DNA of 64,000 nucleotides. It comes from an uncultured delta proteobacterium (GTDB lineage: Bacteria > Desulfobacterota > Binatia > UBA9968). The position numbers were made by a program, and so were the translations under genes. Numbering within the stretch: the first letter of the stretch is position 1; each line of letters opens with the position of its first letter. Below are positions 19,505-29,213 of the stretch, one piece after another. Where the stretch lies: positions 64,001-128,000 of the forward strand of contig CAVXEP010000019.1 in NCBI GenBank assembly GCA_963760795.1, given 5' to 3'. The notes under the pieces were generated by a model that was not told the origin of the DNA, ran no database searches, and was given only the letters and a program-made list of their open reading frames with translations.

Positions 19505-20500
19505 CTAATTGCCTTTCCTCACGGGGAGGTTGAAATTGCGTGCGTAGTTCTTGATGCCCTGGAGCAGGGCAAGGGCGATATTTTCGCGATAATCTTCTTT
19601 TGTCAACAACTTAACCTCTTCGTCGTTGGACAGCGCCGAGATCTCGACCAGAATGGCAGGCATCTGGGTGCCGATGAGGACGACAAAGGGGGCGGTCTTG
19701 ACGCCGCGGTTCTCCAGCCACGGATTGACCGGCTTCAGTGAATGATGGAGCTGGGCTTGGATGTGTTTGGCAAAGGTTCTGGATTCATCGTGGCGTGCGT
19801 CGACGTAAATTTTTTCCAGGATCTTTTTATAGTCCGACAGCGAGTAGCCTGAGTCTTTGTTTTCGATGCTTGCCAGCCTGAGGGTCGCCGGGTCATCGGT
19901 GGGGCCGACGTAATAGGTTTCCAGGACGCGAAGAGATTTCGGTTCCAGCGAATTCACATGGATCGAGATAAACAGATCGCCGTTGTTTTCATTGGCGAAG
20001 GCCACCCGCTTGTCGAGTGGCACCGACTGGTCGGTTTCACGCGTGAGCAGGACATCGTAGGGGCCGTTTTCCATGAGCCGGCGCAGGCGCAGCGCCACGT
20101 CTAAGGTAATTTCTTTTTCCATGACGCCCGATCGCGAGATCGCGCCGGACTCGCCGCCATGGCCGGGATCGATGATGATTCTCTTGATCGACAGCGGCAC
20201 GGCTCTTTTGTCTAGCGGTCGGGGTGAATTTAGCGCCCCGGCGGACTCCGGGGTTTGCGCGATATTGGCGGCGGAAACGGTCCCGGCTGCTTCGTTGGGC
20301 GAAGTGTTGGCGGTGGAAACGACCTGTGAGGGGATCGCCAGATAAGCGACACCGAGCATGGCGATGCAGGCTGATAGCCAATAGCGAAAGGATAGCCTGT
20401 GCTTGGCGCGATATTTAGTTCTAACCCCCTGGACGATGTCGACGTTATCCTGGACCACGCCGCGCAGGAGCTTCGCCTTGGTATTATAGATGTCCGCCAT
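19505..20500 (-). CDS. N-acetylmuramoyl-L-alanine amidase (Amidase_3) with N-terminal TM anchor
   Basis: IIDPGHGG, EKEITL, FISIHVN, FVVLIGTQMPAILVE and YRENIA motifs; hydrophobic segment near residues 41-57. Confidence 0.93.
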   Translation of the reverse strand: MADIYNTKAKLLRGVVQDNVDIVQGVRTKYRAKHRLSFRYWLSACIAMLGVAYLAIPSQVVSTANTSPNEAAGTVSAANIAQTPESAGALNSPRPLDKRAVPLSIKRIIIDPGHGGESGAISRSGVMEKEITLDVALRLRRLMENGPYDVLLTRETDQSVPLDKRVAFANENNGDLFISIHVNSLEPKSLRVLETYYVGPTDDPATLRLASIENKDSGYSLSDYKKILEKIYVDARHDESRTFAKHIQAQLHHSLKPVNPWLENRGVKTAPFVVLIGTQMPAILVEISALSNDEEVKLLTKEDYRENIALALLQGIKNYARNFNLPVRKGN

Positions 20501-20649
20501 GAATAAAATTGGCTAGAAATGATTCCCGAATTGAAAGATAACTATCGATCACATACTAACACATCAGCTGGATTTGTGCGGCATGGACGTGGTTTTCCTC
20601 AGTTAAAGTTAGCCGGTTCTTAGCGCCGGCCAAAATGGAGGATTGAGCA

Positions 20650-21621
20650 ATGGCATTGCTCTTGAGCGAGAAAGACTTAGCTTCTTTGTACTGTCAACCG
20701 TCGAATATGGACGCGCTCTTGCCGCTCATCGAAACCTCAATGGGCGATTTTAATAGTAATGCGGTCGCCGGACAAGCGCGGGTTGAAACTAGTTTGATCG
20801 ACCGCCAGAAAAAATATCGCATTATGACCGCCGCCGTGCCGGGGGCGGGACAGGGCATGCGCATCAGCGCGCTGTTCCGCGGCGCCAAGGACGGCTATTT
20901 CATCGTCCTGTTCGACGGCGAGAGCGGCGACTTGCTGGCCCTGGTGGCGGGACGCGGGTTGAATGTCTGGCGCACCGGCGCGCCGGCGGGTGTCGCGGGC
21001 AAATACCTGGCGCCCAAAGGCACGGATACGTTGGGTCTGATCGGCAGCGGCCGCCAAGCGCGCGGCCAGATCGTCGCCATCGCCCGGGCGCTGCCAGGAA
21101 TAGGGAAGGTAAAAGTTTTCAGCTCGACCAAGGAACACCGCGAGTCGTTCGCCAGGTCGATGAGCGATTTTCTAAACATCGATGTCGAAGCCGTCGACTC
21201 AGCCAAGAGCGCCGTGGAAAACCAACCGATGGTCAGCCTGGCGACCAGTTCGCGCTCGCCAGTGATCGAACCGGGCTGGATCAAACCGGGCGCGCTGATC
21301 GTTTCCATCACCAGTGGGCAACTGCCGCGGCAGACGGTGGCGAACTCGCGCGTCATCGTGTCTTGGAAAGAAGAATTGCTCGGCGGCGAAGCGCCACGCC
21401 AGCCCTACATGGCGATGATTGGTGATGGCAGTTGGTCGGCGGCGAAAATCGCCGGGGAATTGGGCGATGTCATCCTGGGAGAAATCCCTGGCCGCGCGGG
21501 TGAAAACGAGACCGTCGTCTTCGAGTCGGTCGGCATGGCGATTTGGGATACCGTGGCGGCGGCCTGGGCGTACCGCTGGGCGGTGGCGCAGGGTGTCGGT
21601 ACGAAATTTTCGTTGGAATAG
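20650..21621 (+). CDS. Ornithine cyclodeaminase/mu-crystallin family protein
   Basis: LNVWRTGA, LIGSGRQARGQ and FESVGMAIWD motifs. Confidence 0.9.
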   Translation: MALLLSEKDLASLYCQPSNMDALLPLIETSMGDFNSNAVAGQARVETSLIDRQKKYRIMTAAVPGAGQGMRISALFRGAKDGYFIVLFDGESGDLLALVAGRGLNVWRTGAPAGVAGKYLAPKGTDTLGLIGSGRQARGQIVAIARALPGIGKVKVFSSTKEHRESFARSMSDFLNIDVEAVDSAKSAVENQPMVSLATSSRSPVIEPGWIKPGALIVSITSGQLPRQTVANSRVIVSWKEELLGGEAPRQPYMAMIGDGSWSAAKIAGELGDVILGEIPGRAGENETVVFESVGMAIWDTVAAAWAYRWAVAQGVGTKFSLE

Positions 21622-21634
21622 TTTGGGACAAATC

Positions 21635-21696
21635 GTAAGGAGTCAGGAGTAAGGGTAGGGTCTCCGACCCCTTACTCCTTACTCTTCACTCCTTAC
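21635..21696. repeat. Heptamer tandem palindrome between convergent genes
   Basis: GTAAGGA GTCAGGA GTAAGGG ... CCCTTAC TCCTTAC TCTTCAC TCCTTAC. Confidence 0.8.
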
Positions 21697-23064
21697 TTCT
21701 TCGAAGTCGGCAAGAAATCTTCCAGTCTGATCTTCCGCATTACTTCGTCGGGCACGCGCAGTTCCGGCGCAAAACCGGTGAGCGGTTTGGTCGCATCGAG
21801 GCCCATCTTGGCGTTGACGCCGCCGGGGCCGGCGGAGGGATCGAGCTCGCTGCCCTGGGCGTTGGCGATGACGACCAAATCTTTGTCGGCTTGAAAACGG
21901 TTCGACACCGCCCAGAGCACTTGTTCTTCATCGAAGACATCGATGTCATCGTCGACGATGACGACATGTTTGAGCAGCATGTCGGCGGCGAAGGCGGCGC
22001 AGATGGCGTTTTTCGCCTGGCCGGGGCCGCGCTTGGCAATTGAAATATAGGCGTGAAAGCGGCAGTTGCCCGACACCGGCATGCTGACGTTTTTCACCGT
22101 CGGCACGGTCTGGCGCACGGCGCGGATGAGGGCCGCTTCGCGCGGCACCGCGCCCATGAGCTTATGCTCGGTGTAGCCGGCGTGGACGTCTTGGAAAATA
22201 TAGTTCCTGCGGTGGGTGATCGCGGTCACTTCGATCACCGGGCGTTCGTCCTTCGACACCGCGTGGCCGGTGAACTCGCCGAAGGGGCCTTCCTCGCGCC
22301 TGACGTTGGGCAAGATCTTGCCTTCGATGATCAGCTCCGCGTCGGCGGGCACGAGCACGGGTACGGTCTTGGCTTTCACGACACGCAACGGTTCGTTCAT
22401 CATGCCGCCGATGACCGCGTATTCGTCATCCGTCGACGGCGTGAACGCTTGGGCGCCGAGAGAAAACAGCGGGTGGACGCCGACGACGATGGCGATGGGC
22501 AGCGCTTGGTTGCGCTGCTCCATCTTGTTGTGCAGCGTCCAAAGATGACGGCCGATAGCCATGAAGATGCGCAGCTCGCGCTTGCCCGCCATCATCAGCC
22601 GGTTGTAGCTGGTGTTACGCACGCCGCTGTCGGGATCGGCCGCGACGACGATGCCGGCGGTGACATAGGGCGCGGCGTTGACATCGTAGTGAGTGAGCAG
22701 CGGCACATTGGCCAAATCAATATCATCGCCAAGCTTGACGACTTCCTGCACCGGCGCGTTTGCTAACTTCCACCGGCGCCATCGGTTTGCCCTGGCGCTC
22801 GGTGAATTTTGCCGCCAATTGTTCCGGCTGACACTCCAGCGCCAGCGCCATCAGCTTGCGGCTCGCCTGGGCGTTGATCACCACCGGCGCATCGCCGCCG
22901 TCGACCTTTTCGCAGTAGAGCAGCGGAAAGCGTTTGGCTTTTTCCAATTGCGTCAGCAAAGCCGTGATCTCGTAGCGCGGCGATATGGATTTTCCCACCC
23001 GGGCGACTTCTTCGGGATATTTGGCTTCCAATTCGGCGATGAAACTGCGCAGGTCTTTGGGCAT
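21693..23064 (-). CDS. UbiD family prFMN-dependent (de)carboxylase; frameshift near 22760
   Basis: MPKDLRSFIAELE N-terminus plus EEGPFGEFTGH, VDDDIDVFD and KMGLDAT motifs. Confidence 0.9.
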
Positions 23065-23218
23065 TGGCGGCGCTATCCTTATTCGATGGTTTCGGCTCGG
23101 CTGACTATTAATTAGCAGGCCTGGCATGTCAAATAGGGGTACTCAACGTCTGCAGGTTTGCGCTATATTGAGCCGCGAATGACAGTGCATTTTTTGCCGG
23201 CGCGAAAGTCGAGGACAA

Positions 23219-23605
23219 ATGGCTATCCGCATCGTCCGTCTCGGCAGTGATAGATCTCCCAATGAAGGACCGCGTATCGGCACCGTGCGCCGTCCACCGC
23301 GCGGCGTGCCCAAGTCCAAGTTCTCGTCGGGCAATTGGTACGATGTTTGGTTGCCGAATCTGTCGCCCGCGCCGGCGACGGTGAGACTTGCATTGAGCGC
23401 TGAAAACGAGGGCCAGTGGGTGGCCTTCGTAAAGCGCTATCGCAATGAAATGGCTAAGGCAGAGAATAGCAGAGTGATTGATTTGCTCGCGGTGCTGTCA
23501 CAGCAGACGAACTTTTCAGTTGGCTGCTACTGTGAAGATGAAGCGCGCTGCCATCGGTCGGTGCTGCGTCAGCTGCTCACTGATCGAGGGGCCAAAGTAA
23601 TATGA
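23219..23605 (+). CDS. DUF488 family protein
   Basis: RIGTVRRPPRGVPK, WLPNLSP and CYCEDEARCHRSVL motifs. Confidence 0.88.
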   Translation: MAIRIVRLGSDRSPNEGPRIGTVRRPPRGVPKSKFSSGNWYDVWLPNLSPAPATVRLALSAENEGQWVAFVKRYRNEMAKAENSRVIDLLAVLSQQTNFSVGCYCEDEARCHRSVLRQLLTDRGAKVI

Positions 23606-23626
23606 GTCTCTAAGGAGGGAATCGTC

Positions 23627-24223
23627 ATGAAACATTTGCCTGTTTTTGCATTGGCCCTGCTGATTTTCGGCTTGCCAATCTTGGGCTGCGTTCAGCAGGC
23701 TGGGGATCAATCTGACTCTGGTTGGATCACACTGCTCGACGGCAGCAATTTGGATCACTGGACGACGGTCGGTAAGGCCAATTGGCGGGTGGTGGACGGC
23801 GTCGTGCAAGCCGATCAGGGCAATGGTCACTTGGTATCGAAGAACTCGTATAGTGATTTTCAAATCCGAGCGGAGTTTTGGGTCGATACGCCGGCCAATA
23901 GCGGCATTTTCATTCGCTGTGCCGATCCGCAAAAGATCGGCACGGCGACCTGCTACGAAGTGAACATCAACGACGATCGTCCCGAGGCCGACTACAGCAC
24001 TGGGGCCATCGTCGGCGTCGCCAAGGTGTCGCCGCCCATACCCAAGGCGGGGGGGCGCTGGAACACTATGGAAATTACCGCCAGAGGTCCGCAGATGACT
24101 GTCGTGCTAAACGGCGTTCGCACCGCAGAGGGGCGGGATGCCAAGTTTGCCAGCGGACGGATCACAATCCAGTACACTCGTGGCCTGGTGAAGTTCCGCA
24201 AGCTGCAAATCCGGCCGCTATGA
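23627..24223 (+). CDS. DUF1080 (3-keto-disaccharide hydrolase-like) secreted/lipoprotein
   Basis: GWITLLDG, YSDFQIRAEF, NSGIFIR, YEVNI and WNTMEI motifs. Confidence 0.88.
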   Translation: MKHLPVFALALLIFGLPILGCVQQAGDQSDSGWITLLDGSNLDHWTTVGKANWRVVDGVVQADQGNGHLVSKNSYSDFQIRAEFWVDTPANSGIFIRCADPQKIGTATCYEVNINDDRPEADYSTGAIVGVAKVSPPIPKAGGRWNTMEITARGPQMTVVLNGVRTAEGRDAKFASGRITIQYTRGLVKFRKLQIRPL

Positions 24224-24293
24224 ATCGGCTGGTCTCAGTTTCTTCGGTGGCCCGGCTTGTGGGTCTACGCGCCGATAAATAATGAGGTAATCG

Positions 24294-25203
24294 ATGGCCG
24301 ATGTTTTTATCAGCTACGCCAGTGAAGATCGCGAGCGCGCGGCCAAACTGGCAAACGCGCTGGGCGAGCGCGGTTGGTCGGTGTGGTGGGATCGCAAGAT
24401 TGTCGCCGGCCAGGCTTTCGATCAGGTGATTGAGCGTGAGTTGGAAACTGCCAAGAGTGTGGTCGTCCTATGGTCGATCCATTCGGTTGAATCCGAGTGG
24501 GTCAAGAACGAAGCGTCGGCCGCGTCGGAGCGCCGTGTCCTGGTGCCGGCGTTGATCGATAGCGTGAAGCTGCCGTTGGAGTTTCGCCGCAAGCAAACCG
24601 CCGATCTGATCGGTTGGGACGGTGATTTATCACACGGTGGCTATCACGCCTTGTGTGAAGGCATCGCGGCCACAATGGGCAGTGCCGCACCGCGTCTAAC
24701 GACATTACCTAAAGAATCGAAGTCAAACGGGAAGCCTTCGTGGTTATGGCCTGCGATTGTCGGTGTCGTGATCGTCGTAGGTCTTTTCGCCTTTGCTCTG
24801 CGGTCATGGCAAAACTCGCCGCCGGGATCTCAAATCGATGGCTCCGAGACAGGCAAGCGTTCAGAGAGCAAATCGACCGAGGGCATAAAGCCGGTTGAAC
24901 AAGTCGGTGAGCTGGCCGATCTTGTCGTTGGCAATTATCATGGTGAGGTGATTGCAGATTCCAAGGGCAGTAGCCGAAGCGATATTGCGGTTACGGTTGC
25001 GAAAATAGACCGATTGAAAGTGCGTGTCGCCTCGGACTATCAGCGAATTGGTACGCGTTGAGATCACACTCACTCGCACCGGCAACCAGATCCTAAATGC
25101 TGACGGCGATACGCCATTCGTGGTCGATCTCGATCGCAATCCGCCGACTCTTGTCCTCAACCCACGAAACGAGATCGCGTACAGCGGAAACAAGCAGAAG
25201 TGA
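24294..25203 (+). CDS. TIR domain (TIR_2) protein with TM helix and C-terminal extracytoplasmic domain; frameshift near 25055
   Basis: DVFISYASED, SVWWD and SEWVKNE motifs; TM WLWPAIVGVVIVVGLFAFAL; continuation VEITLTRTGNQILNADG...GNKQK* ends at 25203. Confidence 0.85.
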
Positions 25204-25260
25204 GTGATTGCGGCGATGGGAATTGAGAAGGCGTCGCGAAGCCACGCCGAAGACTAGGCC

Positions 25261-25398
25261 CAGTCTGTCGTTCTCGGCGAAGCAGGCGACGGTGCCTTGC
25301 TTGGCGCAGTGACGCTGGAAACTCTCGGTTTCATGCTCAATCCGTTGACGCGCGAAATCTTGCCGATGCGCATGGCGTTGTCTCGTATGCGGCGGTGA
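25261..25398 (+). pseudogene. C-terminal remnant of a clan AA (retropepsin-like) aspartic protease
   Basis: VVLGEAGDGALLGAVTLETLGFMLNPLTREILPMRM; upstream in-frame TAG and no DTG motif. Confidence 0.6.
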
Positions 25399-25416
25399 TG
25401 GCAGCAAGAAGTGCAC

Positions 25417-25446
25417 TGGGTATCGCTGCGCTCAACCCATCCTACG
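25417..25446 (-). repeat. GTAG-type REP
   Basis: Minus strand CGTAGGATGGGTTGAGCGCAGCGATACCCA. Confidence 0.7.
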
Positions 25447-25552
25447 AAACTGCGAAGTGCTGAAAGTACGATAGTGCACGGATAGCGCTCGCCTCGGACC
25501 CGTGGTCTTCAGGTTAAGAGTGAGTTGTTACCGTTGCCGAATGTTCAATAGG

Positions 25553-25647
25553 AATGGCCGCAAAGAACGCAAAGGGAATCATGGATTCGTAGGGGCGGGT
25601 TTTAAACCCGCCCTCTTTTTGCGCCCTTTGCGTTCTTTGCGGCCATT
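25553..25647. repeat. 9-mer-unit palindrome with a nested GTAG REP
   Basis: AATGGCCGCAAAGAACGCAAAG...CTTTGCGTTCTTTGCGGCCATT enclosing GTAGGGGCGGGTTTTAAACCCGCCC. Confidence 0.8.
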
Positions 25648-26721
25648 CTAATCTTGAATCCCGTACAGCCGACGCGGGTTGTCGTCGAGGATTTTTTTCT
25701 TTACCGGGTCGGTGACTTCGCTATTCGCGCGAAAAATATCAATAGCGTCTACTTCACTCGACGCGTCGGTGTGGCCGTAGTCGGTGCCGATGACGAGGTT
25801 GTCTTCGCCGGCGTAGCGCAGGACGAAGTCGAAGTCGTCGTTGGTCTCGGTGGTGACGTAAATATTGAAATCCTTGAACGGCAGTTTGGGGAAGCCTTTG
25901 CTGCCGCTCCGGCGGGTCGCTTCTTTGACCACCCAGGGCACCCATTGAGCTGACGCTTCGACAAAGCTCCAGCGCAGCTTGGGAAATGTTTTTGGCAGAT
26001 CGCTCATCATCACCGACAAGCAAGTGATCACCGTCGGCACGCGGAACTGGGCGAAGCCGCCCATCTTGTCGTAGCGCGGTTTGAACTGATCCATCAGCGC
26101 CGGGCTGCCGTTGGCGATGTGTACCGCGATGGCGAGATCGAGGCGGATCGCCTCTTCGTAGATCGGATAAAAATAGGGATCGACGAGATGGCGGTCGTTT
26201 TCGAAGGGCCGCAGGCTGACGGCCACCGCGCCATGTTCTTTAGCGAAGCGCATCTGCTGCACCGCTTCGCTGAGCGTCATCGCCGGAACGACGCAGGAGT
26301 AACGCAGGCGGTTCCTGCCGGCTTTCCACATGTCCGCCATCCAGCGGTTCCATGAGCCGCATAAAGCGATCTCGGCATCAGGTTTGTCGGCGACGCGGGC
26401 GATCCACATGGTGTTGAACAGCACCTGGACGTCGATGCCGAGCCTGTCCATGTGGGCCAAACGCAGCTCGACGTCGCGCAGTTCGCGGGCGCCGGCGGCG
26501 GTATTCAATTCCCGGCCGGTTTCTTTGGATAGCGCAATCAGTTCTTGCTCGGTCAGTGTCGGTGGTCGAAAGCCCACCGATTTACCTTCGCAAAACCAAT
26601 ACTGCATGTTGGGATTGTCCGCGGAGCTGAAAAGTTGCGGGCGAAATTTTTTATCCGAGCCATCCATGTAGCTCCAGGTTTGCTCAGTCTCGACCACATG
26701 GGCATCGGCATCGACGATCAT
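25648..26721 (-). CDS. Amidohydrolase_2 family protein (ACMSD/decarboxylase-like)
   Basis: IVDADAHV, DPYFYPIYE, FVEASAQWVP and IGTDYGHTD motifs. Confidence 0.9.
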   Translation of the reverse strand: MIVDADAHVVETEQTWSYMDGSDKKFRPQLFSSADNPNMQYWFCEGKSVGFRPPTLTEQELIALSKETGRELNTAAGARELRDVELRLAHMDRLGIDVQVLFNTMWIARVADKPDAEIALCGSWNRWMADMWKAGRNRLRYSCVVPAMTLSEAVQQMRFAKEHGAVAVSLRPFENDRHLVDPYFYPIYEEAIRLDLAIAVHIANGSPALMDQFKPRYDKMGGFAQFRVPTVITCLSVMMSDLPKTFPKLRWSFVEASAQWVPWVVKEATRRSGSKGFPKLPFKDFNIYVTTETNDDFDFVLRYAGEDNLVIGTDYGHTDASSEVDAIDIFRANSEVTDPVKKKILDDNPRRLYGIQD

Positions 26722-26984
26722 GATTAGCTCCTATCCGGGTATCAATTCGAGATCATACTACTACGGAGACCACATGGATCAATACGCCCCGCGCCGGTCC
26801 ACCTCAAAGCGCGATTGCCGAATGACCAGCGATGTCACCGCCAAGCACTTCGGCGTGCGACAAGAAGAACCAGCAGCATTAGGATCGGGGAGAATTTTTT
26901 CATTGTAACTCCTCCATCTGATTGGGTTGACCGGCCGGGCTTAAGTCATCGCCACGCTCGAACCGCCGACAATATGCTGATCAT

Positions 26985-28001
26985 CTACTTGAGAATTTCC
27001 GTCAACTTGGGGATCAGCGCTTTGTCGAGGGCGAATAGTTCGCGGATGTTGCGGTCGAGGGTTGCACCGTCGAGCGGATTCAAATCGAGTTTCGCCCGTT
27101 TCAACTCGGCGCCGAACTCGGGATCGCGCATGGTGTCCATGAAGGCTTTGCGCAACATCTCGACCCGCGCTTTCGGCGTGCCCGGGGTGACGACGTAGGG
27201 ACGAGCGGTGGCGCCGAAGTTGTTGATCACGCCTTGCACCAATTTTTTCGCCATGTCCGTTTTGGCGTAGTCGATGACTAGCGGGACGTTGGGTAAATCG
27301 GCATGGCGCTTGCCGGCGGCTTGCAGCAAAACTACGGCGTCGCCGTTCTGAGTTTCCTGCGGCCATGTGGAAACCATCGACTCCCAGGCGTTGGCGACGC
27401 CGTCGACTTCGCCGCTGTTGAATGCCAAGCGGATCACCGAGCTGCCTTTGTAGCCGGAAACCACTTGGAGCGGCAGGTTGAGCGCTTCCTTGGCGATCTT
27501 CGGGATCGATTCGTTGGCCGAGCCGGGGCCGGTGCTGCCGAATTTCACCGGCGTCGGATGGGCGAGCCACTGCTCGACGCTTTTCAACCCGGTGCGCTTG
27601 TGGACGATGAGCAGTTGGGTGTCCTGCGCCGGCGCGCCAATGTATTCGAACTTTCTGCCGTCGAACTCGATGCCCGGTTTGCCGATCAGTTGATCGACGA
27701 ACATGGTGCCGATGGGCGTCGCCATGGTCAGACCGTCGGGCTTGGCGACTTTGTAGACATGGTTGACGCCGATGAGCCCGCCGGCGCCGGTCATGTTGTC
27801 GACGACGAACACCGGATTGCCGGGAATGTATTTGCCCATGTGCCGGCCCATGATGCGTGAATAGATATCGTAGCCGCCGCCGGCGGCGAACGGCACGATG
27901 ACGCGCACGGTCTTGCCTTTGAAGAACTGGTCTTGGGCGAGGACGGAAACGGCGCTGCACAGAACCGCGGCCAGGGTGAACGATGTCAGCTTAAGTTTCA
28001 T
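26985..28001 (-). CDS. Bug/TctC tripartite tricarboxylate transporter substrate-binding protein
   Basis: IVPFAAGGGYD, HIPGNP-like segment, NMTGAGG, KPDGLT and VSGYKG motifs. Confidence 0.92.
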   Translation of the reverse strand: MKLKLTSFTLAAVLCSAVSVLAQDQFFKGKTVRVIVPFAAGGGYDIYSRIMGRHMGKYIPGNPVFVVDNMTGAGGLIGVNHVYKVAKPDGLTMATPIGTMFVDQLIGKPGIEFDGRKFEYIGAPAQDTQLLIVHKRTGLKSVEQWLAHPTPVKFGSTGPGSANESIPKIAKEALNLPLQVVSGYKGSSVIRLAFNSGEVDGVANAWESMVSTWPQETQNGDAVVLLQAAGKRHADLPNVPLVIDYAKTDMAKKLVQGVINNFGATARPYVVTPGTPKARVEMLRKAFMDTMRDPEFGAELKRAKLDLNPLDGATLDRNIRELFALDKALIPKLTEILK

Positions 28002-28025
28002 TAGGCTCCTTGATGACGGTCAATC

Positions 28026-28115
28026 GGAGTGATGGAGTATGCGAATAACATATGCGATTGAACCGTCGAACCTCTGAACTCTTGGACCCGGTACTCCATC
28101 ACTCCAGTACTCCAG
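28026..28115. repeat. 8-mer-unit palindrome with an internal TTGAAC array
   Basis: GGAGTGATGGAGTA ... TACTCCATCACTCCAGTACTCCA. Confidence 0.7.
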
Positions 28116-28121
28116 TTTCTT

Positions 28122-29082
28122 CTACGGCAAAAAGCTCAGATCGGTCAGCTGCTGCGGCGTGTAGTTTTTCGCCCGCGGGTCGTCGAGCATGGCGGCGTCG
28201 ATGACCAGCTGGGTGCCTTTCATCGTCGGCCGGCCATCGTCGGGCAGCGCCTTGACGTTGCTCAGATAGCCGGTCTCGATGGCTTCGCGGTCGGCGAGTT
28301 TTTGTAACTGCATGCTTTTCTTTACAGCTTCTTCTTTGTGGGTCTTGAAGTAGCGGATCGATTCCACGTAGGCGCGCATGAAGCGGCGCAGCATCTCCGG
28401 TTGCGTCTTGATGGTGTCGTCGCGGGCGATGATGGCGATGTGGGTATAGTCGATTTCCTTTTCGAGAAAATTGACCAGCACGTTATAGCCCAACTTTCGC
28501 GCCACCACGGCTTGCTCGATATTGAATAGCGTTGCATCCACCGTTCTGGTTTTGAGCGCGAGCAGCCGGCTTTCCGGCGCGCCGGTTTGCACGATGGTGA
28601 TGTCGCTCTTGGGGTTCAGGCCAAACTCCTGCGCCGCCAGCCGGGCGATGAAGTCGGTGTTGCTGCCGAAGCGGGTGATGCCGATTTTTTTGCCTTTGAG
28701 TTGGGCGCCGGTTTTGATTTCGGGTTGGGCACAGCAGCGCGAATGGGATGCGGTTGTTCATGCCGCCGATGATTTTCAATTGCGCGCCGTTGATCACCGC
28801 CGAGAGCATCGGCGTGGCGCCGCCCATTAACAGATCCAAGCTCTTGCCGATCAGCGCCTGGATCGTCGTCGAGCCGCCGACGATAAAGATCGGCTCGACG
28901 TTGAAGCCATGCTTGACGAAGATGCCGGCGTCTTTGCCGACATAAAAGGGAATCTCGCTGGAAAAGCCGTTGTGGGCGATGCGGATGGTGGTAAGTTCGC
29001 TGGCGGCTTGCGCCGGCATGGGACATGTTAACGCGCTCAGCAACAGTGAGATCGCGGCAAGGGCGGCGGTTTGAATAAACAT
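28122..29082 (-). CDS. ABC substrate-binding protein (NMT1/SsuA-like); frameshift near 28735
   Basis: IPFYVGKDAGIFVKHG N-half joins LKGKKIGITRFGSNTD...FMRAYVESI C-half. Confidence 0.85.
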
Positions 29083-29174
29083 ATTCCTCGCTCTCCTTAG
29101 ATCCAGCGCTGACATTAACTGATCTCCGCCTCACTCATCAACCGTTAGCCGTTGGGTTCCCGGCTGATTCCTTA

Positions 29175-29203
29175 TTGACAGAAAAACCCATTAACCATAG
29201 ATT
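29175..29203 (+). promoter_or_regulatory. Sigma-70-type promoter of the ABC operon
   Basis: TTGACA-17 nt-TAGATT, ending 10 nt before ATG 29214. Confidence 0.6.
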
Positions 29204-29213
29204 CCCCAGCATC

